From assembly GCA_035947015.1 (NCBI GenBank), contig DASZKL010000277.1, forward strand, positions 1 through 34,855: a DNA stretch of 34,855 bases, written 5' to 3'. The notes beneath the pieces were generated by a model. It was given only the letters and a program-made list of their open reading frames with translations, did no database searches and had not been told where the DNA came from. Position numbers and translations under genes: made by a program. This DNA comes from Rubrobacteraceae bacterium. GTDB lineage: Bacteria; Actinomycetota; Rubrobacteria; Rubrobacterales; Rubrobacteraceae. Positions 19,893 to 26,697 of the stretch are shown here, one piece after another. Positions within the stretch are counted from its first letter, which is position 1, and each line of letters starts with the position of its first letter.

Positions 19893-20798
19893 GTGGAAGG
19901 TCCCTACCGCGACCTCGGATCCGGCTTCGCCCGCCTCACGGGCCCCGAAGGGGCACGCCGCGGACCCTCGCGCCTCCACTACGTCGAGGACGCCCTCCTC
20001 GAACTCCTGCGCAACGCCCGAGACGCCGGCGCTCGCAGCGTCTTCGTCGCCTCCAGCCTGAAAAACCGCCGCTACCGTACCCTGACCGTCCTCGACGACG
20101 GGCACGGCTTCCCGGATACCCACACCGCCCTGATCTTCGAGCCAGGCGTGACAACCCGCCACCTTAGCCCCGTCCTCGACGACACAGACAAAGCCCCGCA
20201 CGGCGCGGGCCTCTCGCTCTACCACATCAAGAACGCCGCCGTCAGCGCCGAAGTCCTCTCAACCTCCTCTCCCACCTCCATTAAGGTAACGTTCGATACC
20301 CACACCCTCCCCGAACGCGCCCTGCAGTCCCCCTCCCGCCCCTCCCACACGAACCTCCTCGCCACCCTCCAGAACTTCTCCTCAAGAGATATAAGCCTCT
20401 ACTACGCCTCCCCCGCACGTATCCTCGCTACCCTTCTAAATAACCACATAATACCCTGGCCGCCTACGAGAGGCGAGCTGGGGGAGAGGGCAACGGCGCT
20501 GGGTCTCGAGGTCTCTCTGAGGACGGCGCAGAGGGTGTGGAGTGGCGAGATTTCACCTGTCGGCCGCGTCGCCGACGAGGAGGGGAGGGCGGTGAGGTCG
20601 GAGAGCGTGAGGGGAAGGGGAGTGGGCGATGGGCCGGTGCTCGTGATCGGTGAGGAGGACGAGCGTGGCATCGCGGATATACTTAGGCGGGCGGCGAGGG
20701 CTGGCTACCTGGAGTTGGGGGAGGTCGAGCTCCGGAGCCGTCCGGGAGAGATCTCTGTGAGAGCCCGCATCTACGAGCCGGAGGACGAGTATGAGTGA
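19893..20798 (+). CDS. Uncharacterised GHKL-superfamily (MutL/HATPase_c_3-like) ATP-binding protein
   Basis: N-box ELLRNARDAGA, G1 box VLDDGHGF, G2-like HGAGLSLYHIKN, then about 170 aa with no motif I recognise. GTG 19893 lies 7 nt after AAGGGGA. Its stop overlaps the miaB ATG by 8 nt. Confidence 0.7.
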   Translation: MEGPYRDLGSGFARLTGPEGARRGPSRLHYVEDALLELLRNARDAGARSVFVASSLKNRRYRTLTVLDDGHGFPDTHTALIFEPGVTTRHLSPVLDDTDKAPHGAGLSLYHIKNAAVSAEVLSTSSPTSIKVTFDTHTLPERALQSPSRPSHTNLLATLQNFSSRDISLYYASPARILATLLNNHIIPWPPTRGELGERATALGLEVSLRTAQRVWSGEISPVGRVADEEGRAVRSESVRGRGVGDGPVLVIGEEDERGIADILRRAARAGYLELGEVELRSRPGEISVRARIYEPEDEYE

Positions 20799-22140
20799 CG
20801 CCGCAGGGACACCACCGACCGTGGCCCCGATACAGCTCTCCAGAAAGCTGCGTGGGGGCTTGGGAGCCCCCGGCGCTTCGGAGGGCACGAAGACCGCGTG
20901 CATACGTACCTTCGGCTGCCAGATGAACGTACACGACTCCGACCGTATGCGGCGCATGATCCTGGACGCTGGCTACGCTGAGGTCCATGCATATGAGGAG
21001 GCCGACCTCGTCATCCTCAACACCTGCTACGTGCGCGAGAACGCCGTTGACCGCGTCCGCGGCCATCTCGGGGAACTCAACCGCCTCCGCAGAGAGGGCC
21101 GCGTCAAGAAAATAGCCCTTACCGGTTGCATCGGCGCCTCCGACGAATCCTCAGAACTCCAGCGCCGCTACGGTATAGATCTCGTCCTGGGCACGCATAA
21201 TACATATGAGCTCGCGGAGTTCGTCGGGCTCCCGACGATGCGGGAAGCTTACACGCCAGATCTGCCCGGCACGGAAGGCGAGCACAGCGCGTTCATCACG
21301 ATCATGACGGGGTGCAACTACCAGTGCAGCTACTGCATCGTGCCGACGGTGAGGGGGCGCATGATCTGCCGTCCGATGGCGAACGTTTTGGAAGAGATCG
21401 AGAGGCTGGTTGAGAGCGGGACCGGCTACGTAACGCTTCTAGGGCAGACGGTGGACGCGTGGAGGCATGAGGGCAAGCGGTTCTGTGACCTGCTTGAGGC
21501 TGTAGCCGAGCGGGCCCCGCGCGTGTGGTTCACGACCAGCCATCCCTCTAACATGGAGGATCGTACGCTGAGGCTCATCGGGGAGAAGGAGACCATCGTA
21601 AAGCGGCTGCACCTCCCCGTGCAGTCAGGCTCCGATCGGATGCTCCGGCTCATGCACCGCGGTTACAAGGCGGAACGGTACCGGCGCAAGATCGAGGTTT
21701 TCAGGGAATCGGTCCCTGATGGAACGCTTAGCACCGACATAATTGTCGGCCACCCCAAGGAGACGGAGGAGGACCACGAACAGACCCTCAAGCTTGTCGA
21801 GGACTGTGGCTTCGACTCAGCCTACATCTTCAAGTTCTCCCCGAGAAAGGGGACAGAGGCTGCGGAGCTGGAAGGCACCGTACCCGCGGATGTCGTGGGA
21901 CGTCGTTTTCTCGAGGTGCTAAGGGCCGTGGAACATAACGCCTTCGCGCGCAACCAGCGCAAGGTCGGGGCCACTGAGGAGGTGTACGTCCGGCACGGGA
22001 GCACCGAAGACGGCAGGGCCATAGGCGAGACGTGGAGCGGGCACGCGGTGCACGTGGGTACGAGCGCCGCGCCCGGTCAATACGTGAAGGCCAGGATAAA
22101 GTCCGCGGGACCACACGTGTTGTACGCCGAGGAAGCCTGA
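20791..22140 (+). CDS. miaB: tRNA-i6A37 methylthiotransferase MiaB
   Basis: UPF0004 domain (..IRTFGCQMNVHDSDRM..), radical-SAM motif GCNYQCSYCIVP, C-terminal TRAM-like region. Confidence 0.93.
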   Translation: MSDAAGTPPTVAPIQLSRKLRGGLGAPGASEGTKTACIRTFGCQMNVHDSDRMRRMILDAGYAEVHAYEEADLVILNTCYVRENAVDRVRGHLGELNRLRREGRVKKIALTGCIGASDESSELQRRYGIDLVLGTHNTYELAEFVGLPTMREAYTPDLPGTEGEHSAFITIMTGCNYQCSYCIVPTVRGRMICRPMANVLEEIERLVESGTGYVTLLGQTVDAWRHEGKRFCDLLEAVAERAPRVWFTTSHPSNMEDRTLRLIGEKETIVKRLHLPVQSGSDRMLRLMHRGYKAERYRRKIEVFRESVPDGTLSTDIIVGHPKETEEDHEQTLKLVEDCGFDSAYIFKFSPRKGTEAAELEGTVPADVVGRRFLEVLRAVEHNAFARNQRKVGATEEVYVRHGSTEDGRAIGETWSGHAVHVGTSAAPGQYVKARIKSAGPHVLYAEEA

Positions 22141-23009
22141 CGGACGCCCAAAGAAAGAAGGCTCTCGTCGTTTGCGGGCCGACGGCGAGCGGGAAGAGCG
22201 AGCTCTCGGACGCGCTGGCAGAGGAACTGAGCGCTGCGCACGGCTGCCACGTTCCCACCCTGATAGTCGACTCCATGCAGGTGTACCGGGAGATCCCTAA
22301 GATAACCAACCAGGCTAGGCGGCGCCCAGCCGAGCTCGCCGGTATCGTCTCCGTCACGAAAGATTGGACCGTCGCCCGCCACAGGGTGCGCGCCGAAGAG
22401 ATAATAGCTGGGCTGGATGTACCGTTCGTTCTCGATGCCGGAACCGGGATGTACCTCAACGCGATACTGCTCGATATCCCCCTCGCACCCAAGGTTGAGG
22501 CCGGCACCAGATCTCTCGCGCAGGAGATCACAGCCGGCGCGTCCAACCCGCGGCGCGCTTCGAGGGCGAAGGAGTTAGAGCTCGCTGGCGCCCCCGACCG
22601 GGACTCGATTTGGGACGGGGCTCTCCGCTACGACGCGACCGTGATCTACCTGCGCCCCAAGAGGGAAGCACTCGACACCGCTATAGCGAACCGGTCGCAA
22701 AAGATAGTGCGCGAAGGCCTCGAAGAAGCGGCCAAACTCAGAGGGCTCCTCGAATCAGGCGCGAGGGTCAACGCATCGGTCAGGGACGCTATCGGTGTGC
22801 GAGAGCTGCTCGACCACCTATATGGAGAGACGACCATTGAGGCAGCAGAGAACCGGGTCGCCACACGGACGCGACAGTTGGCGCGGCGCCAGACCCGGTG
22901 GTTCGACAAACTCTGCCGCACCCTTGGGGCACGCGCCGATATTACGGTCGCCGAAGGCCCGGTCGAAATCGATCTCTTGAATTATATGCATGGTAGAATA
23001 GGCACATGA
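22137..23009 (+). CDS. miaA: tRNA dimethylallyltransferase MiaA
   Basis: P-loop ..VVCGPTASGKSELS.. and ..DSMQVYREIPKITN.. The expected N-terminus begins at CTG 22137, which overlaps the miaB stop (CTGA) and follows GAGGAAG. The only canonical in-frame start (GTG 22032) would overlap miaB by 109 nt and add 35 Arg-rich residues. Confidence 0.9.
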   Translation: MTDAQRKKALVVCGPTASGKSELSDALAEELSAAHGCHVPTLIVDSMQVYREIPKITNQARRRPAELAGIVSVTKDWTVARHRVRAEEIIAGLDVPFVLDAGTGMYLNAILLDIPLAPKVEAGTRSLAQEITAGASNPRRASRAKELELAGAPDRDSIWDGALRYDATVIYLRPKREALDTAIANRSQKIVREGLEEAAKLRGLLESGARVNASVRDAIGVRELLDHLYGETTIEAAENRVATRTRQLARRQTRWFDKLCRTLGARADITVAEGPVEIDLLNYMHGRIGT

Positions 23010-24250
23010 GAGAAGAGAGAGCAATTCTGGTGGGGGCCGGGGGGGCGCGCCACATGGCCGAGCTTGGGAGGCTGGCCACCACGCTTGGCATGGAGGTCGC
23101 GGGTGTCCTGGAGCAGGGCCGCATGGACGGGACCGGCTATCTGGGTCGCGGCAAGCGCGATGAGCTCCGCGCCCTCGTGGAGAGGCTCGGGGCACAGTTC
23201 GTGGTCGCAGACGACGAGCTCACGGCTTCGCAAGCGAGGGTGCTAGAAGGGTCTGCAGGGGCTGCGGTTGTGGACAGGACGGAGTTGATCATCCGCATAT
23301 TCGAGGCGCACGCCAGGGACGCCGCCAGCCGCCTCGAAGTGGAGCTTGCGGACCTCGAGTATCGACTGCCAAGGGTGAAGGGGAGAAGCCCGGAGTTGAG
23401 CCGCCTGGGGGGTGGTGGGGTCACGACCAGGGGTCCCGGTGAGCAGCAACTCGAGTACGACCGGCGCGCGATCCGCAGGCGGATGGAGACCATAAACCGC
23501 AAGCTCCAGGAGGAGAAGGCCGCGCGGGGGGTACGCGGGGCGAGGCTCAAGAAGGAAGGTCCGCCCACCGTCGCTCTTGTAGGCTACACGAACGCGGGCA
23601 AGACGACGATCCTGAACGCGTTGAGCGGGGCGGGTAGGTCCACGAAGGACAAGCTCTTCGAGACACTCGAGACAACGACGCGGCTTGTCGAGGGGAAGAG
23701 TGGCGACGGGCGCAACGGTGCGCGACCGGACTTCGTGGTGACGGACACGGTGGGATTCATTCGGAAGCTCCCCACACAGCTCGTCCACTCCTTCGCCTCG
23801 ACGCTAGAGGCGACGCACGACGCGGACGTGAAGGTACTTTGCGCCGACGCCTCGAGCGCAGAGCTCGAGGAGGAGATAGGGACTGTAGCACGGACCCTCT
23901 CCGAGACTCTCGGCAACGGATCGGATCCGGGGTCCACGATACTCTGCCTCAACAAAATGGACCTCGTCTCCGAGGAGCGTGAGGGGGAGCTCAGGCGGGA
24001 CTACCCCGGGGCTGTGATGATAAGCGCCCTCCTGGATGGTTGCGATGCGCTGCTGGAGGAGATCTACCGCACCATAGCCTCCGGGCGAGAGAGGATGGAG
24101 GTCCTGATCCCTCACGCCGAGTACGCGGCGGCGAGCCGCCTCTACGGCACGGCCGAGATCCACGCCCAGGAAGATAGGGAAGCCGGCCTGTGGATGGACG
24201 TGAGCCTGCCGCGCTCGGCCTCGGCGAAATACGCCCCATACAGAGTTTGA
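23006..24250 (+). CDS. hflX: GTPase HflX
   Basis: HflX N-domain plus G-motifs GYTNAGKTTILNAL, TDTVGF, NKMD. The ATG overlaps the miaA stop (ATGA). Confidence 0.93.
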   Translation: MREERAILVGAGGARHMAELGRLATTLGMEVAGVLEQGRMDGTGYLGRGKRDELRALVERLGAQFVVADDELTASQARVLEGSAGAAVVDRTELIIRIFEAHARDAASRLEVELADLEYRLPRVKGRSPELSRLGGGGVTTRGPGEQQLEYDRRAIRRRMETINRKLQEEKAARGVRGARLKKEGPPTVALVGYTNAGKTTILNALSGAGRSTKDKLFETLETTTRLVEGKSGDGRNGARPDFVVTDTVGFIRKLPTQLVHSFASTLEATHDADVKVLCADASSAELEEEIGTVARTLSETLGNGSDPGSTILCLNKMDLVSEEREGELRRDYPGAVMISALLDGCDALLEEIYRTIASGRERMEVLIPHAEYAAASRLYGTAEIHAQEDREAGLWMDVSLPRSASAKYAPYRV

Positions 24251-25020
24251 CGGAGGAGATAATCAGGCTATACCCGCTACCTGCGCAGGCGCTCGCAGCG
24301 GGAGGCATATACGAAGACCTGGAACTTCCGCCTCCGGGCCAAAGAGACCCCTCGAGACCTTATGTGATCATGAACATGGTCATCACCTTGGACGGCAGGA
24401 CCGCCGTAGAGGGCAGGTCCTCCCGAATCGGGAGCTCTACCGACCGCCAGACGATGCGAACGCTCCGCTCCAAAGCGGACGCCGTGATGATCGGGGCCGG
24501 CACCCTACGCGCCGAGAAGCTCTCCCTCGGGCTCGACGATCCCGCCGGGCGGCATCCCCTGGCCCTTATAGTCACGAACTCGGGGAATATCCCGCTCGAG
24601 AGCAACCTCATCGTCCCAGAAGGGCAGGAGATTATGGTGATAACTAGGGAGGGCGCCACCTTCAGCTATGGCGATCAGCGCGTGCTCTGCGTCTCCGCAG
24701 ACACTGACGGCAACCTCGACCTCCGAGAGGCGCTGGAGGTTCTCAAATCCCAGATGACCGTAGGGCTCCTCCTCGTCGAGGGCGGCCCGAGGCTGAGCTA
24801 TTCCCTTATCTCCCAGAACCTCGCCGACGAACTCTTTCTGACCCTCGCCCCGAAGCTGCTAGGCGGGCCCGTCGCCGAGAGCCGGGCTATCCTCAACGGC
24901 CCGTACCTGCCGCCGCAAGACGTCGGCCTCCTCTCTGCACACCTCGCCGGCGAGGAGCTCTTTCTCAGATACGACCTGCGCCCACCCCACGCGCATGGCA
25001 ACAGAGCGAAAAACACATAA
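24247..25020 (+). CDS. RibD_C / dihydrofolate-reductase-like family reductase
   Basis: ..YVIMNMVITLDGRTAVEGRSSRIGSSTDRQTMRTLRSKADAVMIGAGTLRAEK.., ..LLLVEGGPRLSYSLI.. TTG 24247 overlaps the hflX stop (TTGA). The ORF-track start at 24190 lies inside hflX. Confidence 0.8.
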   Translation: MTEEIIRLYPLPAQALAAGGIYEDLELPPPGQRDPSRPYVIMNMVITLDGRTAVEGRSSRIGSSTDRQTMRTLRSKADAVMIGAGTLRAEKLSLGLDDPAGRHPLALIVTNSGNIPLESNLIVPEGQEIMVITREGATFSYGDQRVLCVSADTDGNLDLREALEVLKSQMTVGLLLVEGGPRLSYSLISQNLADELFLTLAPKLLGGPVAESRAILNGPYLPPQDVGLLSAHLAGEELFLRYDLRPPHAHGNRAKNT

Positions 25021-25093
25021 TACTCATCAAGGGCAACATATGGAGCCACGCACTCACTGCACCACAACCCCAGCTCAGTAGGCAAAGAACAGG

Positions 25094-25125
25094 AAAAAGC
25101 TCTCCTGCCGCAAGAGCGGCAGAGC
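25094..25125 (-). terminator. Rho-independent terminator read on the minus strand
   Basis: Minus strand reads GCTCTGCCGC-tctt-GCGGCAGgAGAGC, followed by TTTTT. The core 7-bp GC stem is CTGCCGC/GCGGCAG (plus-strand coordinates 25105-25122). There is no T-tract in the plus-strand direction. Confidence 0.55.
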
Positions 25126-25402
25126 AGCCTAGATTGTCCTGTGCCAGGCGTGGGACCATTGCGTGGGGCATTGTTTGCCTCAGCAGTCCTGCAACCGGGT
25201 AAATCGTTTCCTCCTGCTCAAGCGCACACCCAGACGCAGCGCAGTAACTAGATTTCCGCCATGGTGAGCTCCAGTGCAGACACTCTCCCTGGCGAGGAGA
25301 CTACCGTACCTGCTAGGAAACGGCGGGATCTAGGTGCAAGATCGTAGATCTCATCGACCAGTTCTGTGAGCGGAGTCGGTAGATCACGTGCACACAGTAT
25401 GA

Positions 25403-25430
25403 ACTTCCGAGAATTCCCGTTATGCGAAGT
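25403..25430 (+). other. Candidate dif (Xer chromosome-dimer-resolution) site
   Basis: ACTTCCGAGAA-TTCCCG-TTATGCGAAGT has the 11-6-11 dif architecture. Against B. subtilis dif as I recall it (ACTTCCTAGAA-TATATA-TTATGTAAACT), the left arm matches 10/11 and the right arm 8/11. The right arm is also 8/11 to the E. coli XerD arm TTATGTTAAAT. The central hexamer is atypically GC-rich. Confidence 0.5.
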
Positions 25431-25743
25431 TCATCGGAATCGCACAGCCCTTCACGCACTATATTTCTGAAATAGGGCTCCTAAGATCACGCTAGGCCCG
25501 CAATGTGCATGTCCAGAGCCTCAGCACTAGTACTTGTAAGAGTAGTGTCCTTACAACCCAACGAAGTTCTCCCTCGAAGACCGGTTGCCTTCGGGCCAGC
25601 CACGCTATTCTCCCTACTCCCAAACCTTCCCCGATCTGCTACGATACCTGTGCGAGAGCTGATCTGCGCTGGCCTAAGTGTGTGCCTACTTCTTAGCTCT
25701 GCGTATGCGTTAGTTGCCACCGTAATGTGCGAAGGAGAACGAA

Positions 25744-26697
25744 CTACAGGGGGAGCGTATTATATTGATATGCTCTGGTGGCGAGCTCTTCGGCGCGCCT
25801 GATGTAGCGCATTGTGGTCTTTGGGTCGGAGTGGCCAAGGAACTGCTGGATGACGAGCAGAGGTGCTTCGTTCATAGCCATGTTGGTGCCGACGGTGTGC
25901 CGGATCGAGTGCGGGGAGATGGCCTTGGTTATGCCGGCGGCGCGGACGTACTTCTTGACTATGTTCTGTACGGAGCGGGTTGTTAGGGGTTTGTCCTTAC
26001 CGACCCTGGAGACAAAAAGGGGCTTGCGGGCGTCGAGGTGGGAGTTGAAGCTGCGACCCGAGAGGAAGACGAACTTCTGGACGAGTCGCCAGAGCTCCGG
26101 CGAGAGCGGGACGTTCCGGATCTTGTCCCCCTTCCCACGGATGCGCAGAAGGACCTGGTCGTTGCCCGCCTCCTGGAAGTCCCCGACACGGATGTCTACA
26201 ACCTCGGCTTCGCGCAGTCCGCCCCCTGCCGTAACGGCCAGGAGCACGTAGTCGCGGTAGTTGGCGGCGCGCGCCGCGCTCAGCATGCGCGAGAGCTCGT
26301 CCTCCGTGAGGACGTTGTAGGAAGAGTCCTGGCGCACTCTAGGGCTCTTGGCGAAGAACCGCAGGGCTTCGGGGTTCACGGCGGTGGCGCCGGCCATGTA
26401 GGTGAAGATCAAGAACCGCCGCAACACAGCGAGCTTCTTCGCCGCCGTAGCCGCCGAGTACGTCTTTATCAAGTGCTCCCGATAGAGAGAGATGTCCTCC
26501 GCGGTGATCCCCCCCAACCCCTTCCCTATCTTCTTCCCTATATAAGTGACGAACATGCGAAGCTCCGTATTATAGGTTTTTATAGTCTGAGGGCTGGTGA
26601 GGGTGCGCAAGTAGACGGCGATGAGGCGTTCGGCATCGACGGGGTAAGCAGGGTGTGTCTCTCCCAGGGGTTCGGGGAGGTTATTGGGCTGGGTCAT
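25744..26697 (-). CDS. Tyrosine site-specific recombinase (XerC/XerD-like / phage-integrase family)
   Basis: N-terminal SAM-like core-binding region (..TSPQTIKTYNTELRMFVTYI..). Catalytic residues are all present: R in GGLREAEV, K in RGKGDKIRNVPL, HxxR in HSIRHT, H/Y in LGHSDPKTTMRYI. GC is lower than neighbours (34/60 in 25801-25860). ATG 26697 is preferred; GTG 26748 is possible. Both overlap the apt 3' end. Confidence 0.88.
   Translation of the reverse strand: MTQPNNLPEPLGETHPAYPVDAERLIAVYLRTLTSPQTIKTYNTELRMFVTYIGKKIGKGLGGITAEDISLYREHLIKTYSAATAAKKLAVLRRFLIFTYMAGATAVNPEALRFFAKSPRVRQDSSYNVLTEDELSRMLSAARAANYRDYVLLAVTAGGGLREAEVVDIRVGDFQEAGNDQVLLRIRGKGDKIRNVPLSPELWRLVQKFVFLSGRSFNSHLDARKPLFVSRVGKDKPLTTRSVQNIVKKYVRAAGITKAISPHSIRHTVGTNMAMNEAPLLVIQQFLGHSDPKTTMRYIRRAEELATRAYQYNTLPL

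Larger units (their letters stand above)
25021..25743. other. ORF-free, lower-GC convergence region between the plus-strand and minus-strand gene arrays
   Basis: No ORF has coding-like composition or a Shine-Dalgarno. GC counted by hand is 27/60 (25381-25440), 32/60 (25441-25500) and 27/60 (25521-25580), against 43/60 in flanking CDS (24901-24960). It has many inverted repeats. Confidence 0.8.

Noticed and set aside
25039-25046. Direct repeats (att sites) flanking the recombinase module. I looked for a duplicated copy of the apt 3' end at the far side of the island.
   Set aside because: The only shared word found is the 8-mer TATGGAGC (25039-25046 and 26724-26731), with no similarity in the flanks. 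That is compatible with chance, so there is no support for a bounded integrative element.
25327-25664. Apparent clustering of GATC: 7 sites in 338 bp, several within TAGATC/GATCTA repeats.
   Set aside because: GATC is common throughout this GC-rich sequence, so the enrichment is only about 2-3 fold on a small count. Dam-type regulation is not expected in this lineage. It is kept only as context for the hairpin at 25327-25350.
25021-25743. A tRNA, tmRNA, RNase P RNA or SRP RNA gene as the integration target of the recombinase.
   Set aside because: Reading both strands, I found no T-loop consensus (GGTTCGAATCC or its complement), no tmRNA ends (GGGG...TCCACCA), no RNase P GAGGAAAGTCC block and no SRP GGAAGCAGC motif. 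A covariance-model scan could still find something I cannot see by eye.
25487-25802. ORF-track entries inside the low-GC island: 25487-25720(-) 77 aa, 25503-25802(+) 99 aa, 25505-25696(+) 63 aa, plus short ORFs I translated at 25141 (36 aa), 25261 (28 aa) and 25399 (23 aa).
   Set aside because: They have no Shine-Dalgarno, no coding-like third-position bias and low-complexity Ser/Thr/Arg-rich translations. One runs into the recombinase 3' end. They do not resemble excisionases or toxins.
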